Source of the DNA: an uncultured Spirochaetota bacterium
GTDB lineage: Bacteria > Spirochaetota > Brevinematia > Brevinematales > JAOACQ01
Direction: 5' to 3'
NCBI GenBank assembly: GCA_963783575.1
Contig: CAWAOD010000010.1
Location: 1 to 64,000 of the forward strand
Length of the DNA stretch: 64,000 nucleotides
Notes under the pieces: model-generated
Told to the model about the DNA's origin: nothing
The model's input: only the letters and a program-made list of their open reading frames with translations
Databases searched by the model: none
Position numbers and translations under genes: made by a program
Part shown: positions 36,119-45,700 of the stretch, piece by piece
Numbering within the stretch: the first letter of the stretch is position 1
Layout: every line of letters starts with the position of its first letter

Positions 36119-36871
36119 TTATTCCTCCATAATCCCTTTTGAAATTTCAGCAAAAACAGGAATTGATTTTGATTTTGGAAAAACATCATAAAGCGGTTTT
36201 CCAAGAAGCTGAGAATCTTTTATCTTACTGTCTTGCGGAATAGTATATAATTTATAATTCATTTCATTAAACAACTCGCTCACTATATCATGCGAACTCA
36301 TTGAAGAATTTTTATTATTGATGATAACCTTCTCATGTTTCACATTTCGCCTTTCATATTTATTCAGATTTTTAATATCAATTGAAAGAGCGGATAAACC
36401 GGAAATACCATATTTTTCTGGTATAAATGGGCTTATAATTTCATCCAAAGTGATCGCTATCCCCTTCTCAAGAATTCCGAAATTTGGGGATAAATCGTAA
36501 AACACATACTCAAAACCTTGTTTCTCGAGGTCCTCATTTAATTCCTCAAAGAAATACCGTTGTTTATTAATCACTATATCCGAATCTTCCCTCAGTTCAG
36601 AGCCTTTTCCCTCTGTTTTTATAAAAAATAAATACTCATTATAACGGGATAAAGACTCCGCCGGACTCGCCTTATCATTAATGATATCCAGTAGCTGGTA
36701 TTGGCTGATATCCGCGCCTTTATATAGGCCATCCGTCGCATTCCCTTGAGGGTCAGCGTCAATTAAAACCGTTTTCTTTTTAAATTTTGTCGCAATGTAA
36801 TGTGCGACGGTCACTGTAAGGCTTGTTTTACCTACCCCGCCTTTTTTACAGAAGAATGAGATTTTTTTCAT
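36119..36871 (-). CDS. parA: ParA/MinD-family ATPase
   Basis: Deviant Walker [19 protein letters not shown], Walker B VFYDLSP, 250 aa, RBS AAGGAG. Confidence 0.92.
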   Translation of the reverse strand: MKKISFFCKKGGVGKTSLTVTVAHYIATKFKKKTVLIDADPQGNATDGLYKGADISQYQLLDIINDKASPAESLSRYNEYLFFIKTEGKGSELREDSDIVINKQRYFFEELNEDLEKQGFEYVFYDLSPNFGILEKGIAITLDEIISPFIPEKYGISGLSALSIDIKNLNKYERRNVKHEKVIINNKNSSMSSHDIVSELFNEMNYKLYTIPQDSKIKDSQLLGKPLYDVFPKSKSIPVFAEISKGIMEE

Positions 36872-36912
36872 GATAATTCTCCTTCATACTGCCTATCAAA
36901 TATTAGTTTTCC

Positions 36913-37263
36913 TTATTTTTTAACATAAGTCACCAGAACCGGTAATACTTTTACGACATAGGGTAGAACAGAAATTGCGTAAACGCAAACGCTTAATGAC
37001 GTCAAGCTGAAAAGTATCCAAGAAACAGTTTTCTGGCTGATTTTTTTCGCTTCTTTCTGCTTATTGAACTGTCTTAAACTAAGAAAAACACCGATCACAA
37101 TTTCTATTGCAAAAGTGAGCATTAATAATATGGTCAATAGAAACTTTTCAGAAGTATACCCAATATATACAAACAAAAACATATAGATAGGCCAGGGAAA
37201 CAATAAAATATACAAAATAGTGCTTCCAACTACTACTGAGTTTAAAAATGATTTCATATTCAA
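36913..37263 (-). CDS. Small hypothetical membrane protein (about 3 TM helices)
   Basis: Three hydrophobic stretches with a Lys-rich loop; RBS GGAGG; co-oriented between the radical SAM gene and parA. Confidence 0.7.
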   Translation of the reverse strand: MNMKSFLNSVVVGSTILYILLFPWPIYMFLFVYIGYTSEKFLLTILLMLTFAIEIVIGVFLSLRQFNKQKEAKKISQKTVSWILFSLTSLSVCVYAISVLPYVVKVLPVLVTYVKK

Positions 37264-37277
37264 TCCTCCATTAATTT

Positions 37278-38849
37278 TTATATCAATAATTCGGACAAAA
37301 ACTGTGAGGTTATGTCTTGAAAAATCTCATCATTCCAATAATCTTCGTCCACCACTTGTTTTTTGACTATTTTAGTATTTGCAAAAACAGGAGCTTCTAA
37401 AATTTTATTCAAAATGTTTTGCATAAATTCGCAAAGGCAGGTATTTGAACGTTCCAATGATAGAAAAAAATATTCCCGGAGAGGAGAGTTGATGATTCTA
37501 AATAATACCGATGTTAGTTTTGATAAATAATTCAATTCCTCTTCATCGATTGTACTTGTTGAATAAACGGTATGAGGCGCATTGAATGAATATTTTATTT
37601 CATATTTTTCACACAATCTCTCAAGATCGGAACCAGGCAATATTTGAAGACGGTGGATATTTAAAATATGGTCTGTATTCCTCAGGTAAGGTAAAATAAT
37701 CCCCAATCCATTAAAATAAGATCCAAATGTCTCCAAAGGCAAACCCAAAATCAGGTCAATTTTTAATACGATATTATATTTATTAATATTCGACATGAAC
37801 AGTTTAAATTTATTATCATCTATCTTATATCTACTGACAGCATTTAATGCTTCTTTATGAAAAGACTGTAATCCGATACAATTAATGACATTATAATCTT
37901 TAAGTAAATCTGAGTAATGTTGTGCCAAATCCAAAGGTATGGTATTGTTGGTATTAATAATCACTTCACGGTTTTTTAATTCTGCAGTTAATTGGATAAA
38001 CTCCTCGTCACAATCATAGCATGTAATTTCCCAATAAATCCAGGGAAGTTTTATACCGCTCTTTTTAATATGTATCAAATGCTTCATTATTTCTTTTGCT
38101 CTGGTAACATCAGACATAAAATCTGAATCAAATATTCTTAATGCAGAAATCTGTTTCTGAATAATGAGATGATCTATTTCTCTTTTGACTCTATCCAGAG
38201 AATTATAAGCGATTTTTTGGACGCCTTTATGATACAGGCAATACTTGCATTTAAAACGGCATCCCCTTTGAGTTTCCAAAAATGCCTGCTGCCTTGAATA
38301 TAATCTGTCTTCAATAATATTATCCAGGTATATTGATGGAATATCATCCAAATTGGTTATCTGGCCGCCATTTCCATTATAAATTAATTTTTCATCTTTC
38401 CAATACGCAAGGCCTTTTATCTCTTTTAATATTTCTTCATTTTGATGATTCATCAAATACTGCATTAGCCTTAATAATGTCCTTTCGCCCTCACCGATAA
38501 CATAGAAATCGCCCCTCTGTTTTTTTTCAAATTTTTCTACCCTTGTCGGATAGATTTCCGGGCCCCCTAGAAGATGTAATGCGTTTGTCATACCCTTTAA
38601 TTCTTCAATAAGCTTTAAAATGGTTTCAATATTCCAGATATAGGAACTATACCCAATAAAATCTGGATCAAGATATGCGATTTTTTCCATCATTTTTTTT
38701 AGAGGATATGTTTCATTAAAATTAAGAACATCCACATTTAATTCTTCGTTACCGATGTTTTTTTCTAAATATCCTTTTAAAATATAGGAAGAAATAAGAT
38801 ATTGTGCTATCGTGTTTACAGGGTAGATATTTACCAGAACCAATTCCAT
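37278..38849 (-). CDS. Cobalamin-binding radical SAM enzyme (class B methyltransferase-like)
   Basis: N-terminal B12-binding-like motifs (IGYSSYIWN, LGGPE, VIGEGE), ETQRGCRFKCKYC (CxxxCxxC), DLILGLPLET. Confidence 0.9.
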   Translation of the reverse strand: MELVLVNIYPVNTIAQYLISSYILKGYLEKNIGNEELNVDVLNFNETYPLKKMMEKIAYLDPDFIGYSSYIWNIETILKLIEELKGMTNALHLLGGPEIYPTRVEKFEKKQRGDFYVIGEGERTLLRLMQYLMNHQNEEILKEIKGLAYWKDEKLIYNGNGGQITNLDDIPSIYLDNIIEDRLYSRQQAFLETQRGCRFKCKYCLYHKGVQKIAYNSLDRVKREIDHLIIQKQISALRIFDSDFMSDVTRAKEIMKHLIHIKKSGIKLPWIYWEITCYDCDEEFIQLTAELKNREVIINTNNTIPLDLAQHYSDLLKDYNVINCIGLQSFHKEALNAVSRYKIDDNKFKLFMSNINKYNIVLKIDLILGLPLETFGSYFNGLGIILPYLRNTDHILNIHRLQILPGSDLERLCEKYEIKYSFNAPHTVYSTSTIDEEELNYLSKLTSVLFRIINSPLREYFFLSLERSNTCLCEFMQNILNKILEAPVFANTKIVKKQVVDEDYWNDEIFQDITSQFLSELLI

Positions 38850-38887
38850 ATTTATTTCTCCATTTTCATACAGATAATTATTAAATC

Positions 38888-41800
38888 TTATTTTCTTAAA
38901 CCCATGATACGTTGCCTCTGAAGTTCCCCTCTTTCTTTCATTTTCTTTAATTTATTATCAACCTCGCCTTTTGTTAAGAATTCCGCGAGTTTCCTGATGG
39001 TGGTATATTGAAATAAATCTGTTATTTGCAGCGCCTGATCAAACTCATTTTGTATTTTGCTTAAAAATTGAACCAATTGAATAGAATGCCCACCAAGATC
39101 GAAAAAGTTGTCGTCAATCCCGATTGAATCTTTATTTAAAACTTCCTTGATCAATCCTACAATTTTTTCCTGAACATCATTTGCCGGTTCAGCACTGGAT
39201 GAGGGAATTTCTGCGATCACAGGTCCTTTAATATTAATTTTATCAATACTATTGTAATTATTTAATATATCCAGTAATATTTCCTGATCATGTCTTTTGG
39301 TGCTACTTATTGTTTTCTTATCTTTAAGCTCTAAATTTTCTTCTTTGTTTAAAGAGGTTGGATTAAATTTTAAATCAATCATTTTTCCAGAAGAGTAATA
39401 AAATATTTCACTATCATTCACCTTGTCATTTTTTAAATACTCAATACTATTCAAGAAATTATATACAGGAATATTTTTTGATGTGGAGTGATAGGGTATC
39501 ATAATATCTTCAATATTACTCTTTTTTGCCAGTTCCGCGATTCCGCTCATAATTCTATGCTCAACCCCTTTCCCCAAAGTCCTGCAGCTTAGGATAAAGG
39601 ATTCAACTTTTAAATATTTGCCAATTAGAATATAGAAAACCGCCCCAACCAACCCGTATGAACCAAACCGGTCGCTCACTTTTACAGTTAAACATTTATT
39701 CTGCTTATTTGATATAAATTCGCTAATCTCTTGTTCCGTACGGCGCAAAGTGGTTGTATTAAATTGATTGGTCCTCAAAGTCAGCTGGCTAACCCTTAAC
39801 AGATCTTCATTTTTGATTTCCTCAATATCGATTTTCAGTTGTAGCGAATTTACAAACTCTTCAAACGAGATGTGTTTTTCGATTTCCTTATTGCGTAAGA
39901 TATCCTGTTTATACATAACAGTCCTAGCCCTGTCCTCTTCAGTGATCTTCAGATGGTCCCAGAACCAGCCATGTTTAATTAAATTATGAATGCTTTCCGG
40001 TTCCTGCGGAAATTGTAATGTAAGCACTTCCGGAATAGCGCCGGATACTTCCGCGCATTCCAGAGGATTATCATCAATAAAAATAAAACTGTCCAGGCCA
40101 AGATTCAGTTCTTTTGAAATCTTTATTATATTTTCAGACTTAGATTCCCAGTTAGCTTTGATTAACGTGATATGGTCAGCAGTTAAAATCATTCCGGATT
40201 TTTCCTGTAATGCTTTTAATATATCCGATTCTTCATTTTTGCTAACCAAACAAAGGACCATACCATTTCCCTTCTGTTCAGCCATCCATTTTTGAAATTC
40301 TGCCCTTTCGGGATCGATCTCAATTTTATCGATTCCGTCTTCACCGATAACACCTTTCCAGAGAGTATTATCACAATCTAATACAATCACTTTAAACGGT
40401 TTTCTTTTTATTGCATAGATTTTCCTGGAAATAGCTGTCCCCAGGGTTTTATAAAAGTCCACAGTATAGGGTAAATGCCCTTCTTTATCAGTCAACTCAT
40501 CGAAAATATGGGTGATTGGAAATGGGGTAAGTACTTCCTCATCTTTTAATAAATATATATTACTTAGTGGCATGATTCCTTTAATTATTTTTTCTTTTAG
40601 AATTTCAACATCTTCCTCTGCTATTAAGTTTGCTTCATTTCTCGAAGGTAAAATACTTAATATAACCGGGACTGTAAAGCTATTTGCAGCTTTCTGCAGG
40701 GACTTAATAAAATCATCACATATACTAAATATCTTTTCCTTAATATCTGAATTATTCCTATCATCCGTGCTATATCTGATCCAATCTTCCAACCTAATCA
40801 ATAAAACATTAATTCCATCCTTATTCATCATCATAAGTTGAGAGGGGTCTAAAAGCTGGTTAAACACTTGATTATAATCAGCGAGTTCAATGGAGGAAGG
40901 CATTTTCAGCTTATTCATCCAGAATGATAAGATTTCTTTAACCGGTTGATCGGAAAATGTTGAAGAAATAATGATCCTCTGTTTATAATTCTTTATGCTA
41001 TAATCATCAACTTTCTTTTGTAAGTCATCCGGAATCACTAATTCTTTTATTTTTATATCCGGTTTTTTTACAATTTGCTCGATTATGGATACATACCCCG
41101 ATATTATGGCTTGTGCGGTGCTGTCCAGAAATAATTCTTTTGAATAATCAAATGCGCCGACAATCCTTTGATTATTCACCCCCATTGATAAAAAGATATC
41201 ATAATCGGAATACCCGGAAAACAAATATAAATCTTCAACAGAAATATCATCTACAACAGGATATTCGCGGATTTGTATCAAATTAAACATAACTTGAAAC
41301 AATGGATTCATATTAAATTCATTCTTATTTGTTAGATTTTGAACTAAATTAAAGAACGGTATATCAGAATGATTAAACGCATTATTGCTGATATCTAAAT
41401 TAACTTTCATGAGATTCACAATATTTTGATCTGGGAAAAATTGATTCTTTAGAACCAGGGCATTGGCAAAATTACCAATTATTTTCTGAAAATCCGGTAA
41501 TTTACGATTTGCCATAGCACAGCCGATTAAAAATTCATTCTGCCTGCTAATAATGTAAAGCAAACTGGCAAATGCCGAATAGAGAAAATTAAATATGGTA
41601 ACTTTTAATTCCATGGTCAGTTTTATTATAGCTTGAACCGTTTCTTTATTTAAATCAAATACAATTTCTTCGGCCTGATAGGTTAAAGTTTTCGGCCTAT
41701 CAAAATCATAAGGCAAACTAATAGTAGTTGGGACATTTTTAAGTGTTTCTATCCAATATTCAACCAGCTGTTTTTCAGTTTTTCCCATTAATGCATTATG

Positions 41801-42649
41801 ATAATTAATATATTCCAGAAAATTGCTTTTTAATGGAACCAGTTCCATTCCCTGTTTTCCGCAAAGCTTAAAATATGTTTTAATTAAATCAGACAAAATT
41901 ATTTCAATCGACCAGAAATCAGAGATAATATGGTGGATATTAACAAATAAAATTTGATCATTTTCATTGATCCTAAAGATTTTAATTTTGATCAAATCAC
42001 CTTCAAAAAGGTTCATTCCTTTTTTGGCTTCAGTTTTTACTTTTATTTCAATTTCGCTTTCTTTAATTTCCTCAATAGGGACAATAACAGGTTCGGCATC
42101 TTTTATCATTTGAAACATTTTGTTGTTTTCAATAACAAAGTAAGCTCTTAACAATTCATGTCTGTTTAAAAGAAAATTGTAGCTTACATTTAGTAAATCT
42201 ATTTTAAATTTCCCTTTTATCCTCATAGCGGAATAGATATTAAATATAGGGGTCCCTGGATACAACCGGTCCAAGAAAAAAATCCTTTCCTGGTCGGATG
42301 ATATGGGCCATTTTTTATTATCTTGCATCATCGGTTTTGTATTTTGAATTATTGATCCGTAACTGGCATTATTTCCTTTACTTAAAATTTTATGGGTCGC
42401 ATATTCAATAAACTCAGCTATACTGCTGGTATCAACCAGTTTACCCGCATTGATCTCTATCGTAAATTTCTGATTAATTTCCCCAATTATCAAGGCTGCC
42501 GCGATGGAATTCCCTCCTAATTCTAAAAAATTTGCCTTTGGGTCTATTTTCATACCAGTCTTTTGTTCCATTATTAAAACAATATCATTAAAAATTTTTT
42601 CTTTATCCCCTAAAATTGCAGCGGAATAATTTTGATTAAAATCTTCCAT
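38888..42649 (-). CDS. NRPS-like protein: carrier - condensation - FkbH-like glyceryl transferase - carrier (T-C-FkbH-T)
   Basis: LGGNSI carrier; C domain with RHELLRA and HHIISD; FkbH/HAD-IIIC motifs VLDCDNTLWKG, FIFIDDNPLE, RTNQFN, DRFGSYG, LSCRTLGKGVE; C-terminal LGGHSI carrier. Confidence 0.92.
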   Translation of the reverse strand: MEDFNQNYSAAILGDKEKIFNDIVLIMEQKTGMKIDPKANFLELGGNSIAAALIIGEINQKFTIEINAGKLVDTSSIAEFIEYATHKILSKGNNASYGSIIQNTKPMMQDNKKWPISSDQERIFFLDRLYPGTPIFNIYSAMRIKGKFKIDLLNVSYNFLLNRHELLRAYFVIENNKMFQMIKDAEPVIVPIEEIKESEIEIKVKTEAKKGMNLFEGDLIKIKIFRINENDQILFVNIHHIISDFWSIEIILSDLIKTYFKLCGKQGMELVPLKSNFLEYINYHNALMGKTEKQLVEYWIETLKNVPTTISLPYDFDRPKTLTYQAEEIVFDLNKETVQAIIKLTMELKVTIFNFLYSAFASLLYIISRQNEFLIGCAMANRKLPDFQKIIGNFANALVLKNQFFPDQNIVNLMKVNLDISNNAFNHSDIPFFNLVQNLTNKNEFNMNPLFQVMFNLIQIREYPVVDDISVEDLYLFSGYSDYDIFLSMGVNNQRIVGAFDYSKELFLDSTAQAIISGYVSIIEQIVKKPDIKIKELVIPDDLQKKVDDYSIKNYKQRIIISSTFSDQPVKEILSFWMNKLKMPSSIELADYNQVFNQLLDPSQLMMMNKDGINVLLIRLEDWIRYSTDDRNNSDIKEKIFSICDDFIKSLQKAANSFTVPVILSILPSRNEANLIAEEDVEILKEKIIKGIMPLSNIYLLKDEEVLTPFPITHIFDELTDKEGHLPYTVDFYKTLGTAISRKIYAIKRKPFKVIVLDCDNTLWKGVIGEDGIDKIEIDPERAEFQKWMAEQKGNGMVLCLVSKNEESDILKALQEKSGMILTADHITLIKANWESKSENIIKISKELNLGLDSFIFIDDNPLECAEVSGAIPEVLTLQFPQEPESIHNLIKHGWFWDHLKITEEDRARTVMYKQDILRNKEIEKHISFEEFVNSLQLKIDIEEIKNEDLLRVSQLTLRTNQFNTTTLRRTEQEISEFISNKQNKCLTVKVSDRFGSYGLVGAVFYILIGKYLKVESFILSCRTLGKGVEHRIMSGIAELAKKSNIEDIMIPYHSTSKNIPVYNFLNSIEYLKNDKVNDSEIFYYSSGKMIDLKFNPTSLNKEENLELKDKKTISSTKRHDQEILLDILNNYNSIDKINIKGPVIAEIPSSSAEPANDVQEKIVGLIKEVLNKDSIGIDDNFFDLGGHSIQLVQFLSKIQNEFDQALQITDLFQYTTIRKLAEFLTKGEVDNKLKKMKERGELQRQRIMGLRK

Positions 42650-42720
42650 AAAACATCTCCAATTTATTAAACTGTGGTATTTTTTTCAAATCTTTTTTTA
42701 TTTCATTCAAAATAATGAAT

Positions 42721-45700
42721 TTAGACTATATCCCTGATTTTATCACACATTTCCTTTTTTAATTCTTCAAAAATTTCCAGAATTTTATTGTTGCTGTTTT
42801 CACACATGGAATAGATTGAAAAATTAATATTCTTATCTGTAGTTCTAATATCCACATAAAATAAAAGCTTTTGCGCATCTATAGCCGATTCTTTTCTTCT
42901 TTCATCATCTAAGATGGATTCTTCTATAGAATAAATACGATAATTCCCTAAATAGTTGAATGCCATTAAAGCAGGTTGTTTCGTATGCTGTTGTTGAATT
43001 TTATCAGCATTTAACCTGGCATACGCATTATTGATGAAAACTAATCCTTCTTTAAATAAATAATTTATTTTCGCAAAAGCGTCTTCTGCCATTTTCATAG
43101 GGTCTTCTCTATTAATTGGAATGAGAAACGGTATGAAATCAAGGAAAAGCCCTATTGTCTTAAAATAGTATTTATTTTGATAATATCTTCCAAAATTAAC
43201 TATTTCAACAGGGATTTTATCTATCTGGAAATATTGAGATAAAAACAGCATATAAAAAATCAATGAATGCTTCCATAAAACATCTTCTTCCATGCTGTTT
43301 TTATATTTTAAATTATATTCCACTTTGAAAGCCTTATCCTGATTGGGAAGGACAATATTATTTTTAATAAATTGCTTAATTTTAACCTGGTATTGATAAA
43401 TTTCATAAAGATTAAATAATTTATTTAATTCATTAAAATCTGATAATCTATTGTCATTCTGTATACTGAAAACATATTCGTCATAAGTGTTTATTTTCTC
43501 GTTAATTATTTCTTTATGATTCAGGTAAGCATTATAATATTTAACAATATATCCCCTCAGTACATTTTCGCTAAGTACATCAAATATCAAATGAGATATA
43601 GATAAAAATAAACAATAATCCTTTAGATTCTTTTTAATTAAAATAAACTGGTATAAAAGCTCATTACTTTCATACATTCTCTTAAATACATCTTCAATGA
43701 TATTGTAAATAAAAAATGACTGCCTGTTGCTGTCATACATGGAAATATCGATTACCGGAATTTTAATGGAAGCAGGAGGAGAAAATACAGCCCATTGATT
43801 CCCTTCCTTATTTAGCATACTTCGAAAAACAAGCTGTTCTGAAATAATGATTAGTAAGGTCTGTTCAAGAATTTTAACATCAACAAAATAATCGAAAGAA
43901 AATACACTGCACATAGTTAAAGAGTCAAAAAGCTGCTTTTGACAAGGAGTAACAGGGTATTCAAGGACAATATCGTTTTTTTTAAAATATCCATTAAACT
44001 CTTTTTTATGTAACTCTATTTCTTGCCTTATCACATTATAGGTTGCTATACTATCTACATTTTTACATCCAATGATATCTTTTAAAATCGTATAACTTAT
44101 CTCCTGATTATCAGTTAATGCTTCAGGATAATAAGATAACGGCAGTATATAATTTGGAAAATTATTATTTGATATCTTATCTTTGAGTGTTTCAATGATT
44201 GAATCTATTAAAGGCTCATCCGCAAATAATAAATGGATTTTTTTGTTATTATTTTCAAGCTTCAATCTTAATTCTTTTGAAGTGAAATGACAGTTTTCAT
44301 GGATTAAACTGATTAAATCATTTGAATATGGATTATTTTTTTCGATTATTTTATTACTTTCAATAAAATTGCTCAACTCAACAGTAGACGGATGGTTAAA
44401 TATATCGCTAAATGATATTTTAAATCCGTGTTTCTGTAACTTATTTACAATTTTAATATTATGCAATGAGTTCAACCCCAATTCAATTACGGATTGGTCT
44501 ATACTAATCGGTTTAAAATTTAAGGATTCTTCAAAAACCTGATTAATAATTTTATGCAATTCGGTTTCAGGCAGCTTAATTTTTTCATTATAAATATATA
44601 AAGTTAATGGATCCGGAAGCATTTTTCTATCAATTTTTCCATTCCGGTTTAATGGAAGTTTTTCTAAATGGATAAAATAAGAAGGAACCATATAAACCGG
44701 CAGCTTTAAAGATAGAAAATCCCTCAATTCTTTGTTCGGAATATCCATATCCGACACATAGTATGCCGTTAGGAATTTATTCCCTTCACTATCTTCCCTC
44801 GTGAGTACAACCGCTTCCCAAATATCCTCATGCTTTAACATCTGGCTCTCTATATCTCCCAGTTCAATTCTGAAGCCTCTGATTTTCACCTGTTGGTCAA
44901 TTCTTCCTAAATACTCGATATTCCCATCCGGCATCCACCTTGCAAGATCTCCTGTCCGGTACATTTTTTCCCCTTTTTCATACGGGTTATCTACAAATTT
45001 CTCTGCCGTTATTACCGGACTATTCAAATACCCTCGTGCCAACCCATCTCCAGCTATGCATAATTCTCCGCTGACGCTTTTAGGCAAAAGATTCCCCGAT
45101 TGATCTAAGATATAAAGCCGGATATTATCTATCGGTTTCCCTATTGGCACTATTTCCGTTTCGTTATCTTTTTCACAATTGTAATATGTAACGTCGATTG
45201 CTGCTTCTGTAGGGCCGTATAAATTAATTAATCTTACGGCTTTTCTTTTTAGTAGCTTATTAAACAGATTTACATGTTTTGGAGTCAGCGGTTCTCCGCT
45301 CGAAAATACCTGTTTTAAACTGCCGAGCTGATCTATTGCTTTCTTTTCTTCCATTTGCTCTAAGAAAGCCCCCAGCATCGACGGGACAAAATGTATAGTA
45401 GTGACGCTATTCTTCTCTATCGCTTCCACAATCATTATCGGGTCCTTTTCTCCTCCCGGCTGTAGGCATCCAAACCCCTGCCCCGGTGAGCGACCACCAT
45501 ATCAATTCCCAGACCGACACATCAAAAGTATACGGTGTTTTTTGAAGAATAATATCAGTATCCCTGATAGGATATTTTTTTTGCATCCAATTGAGCCTGT
45601 TTATCAATGAATAATGTTCAATCATAACACCCTTGGGATTCCCAGTAGAACCGGACGTATAGATTACATACGCCAAATTCCTAGGCCCAGCTTTTTCTAG

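Noticed and set aside
36119..36204. Track start of the enoylreductase at 36204
   Set aside because: Overlaps parA by 86 nt; ATG at 36117 has a GGAGG RBS and typical coupling.
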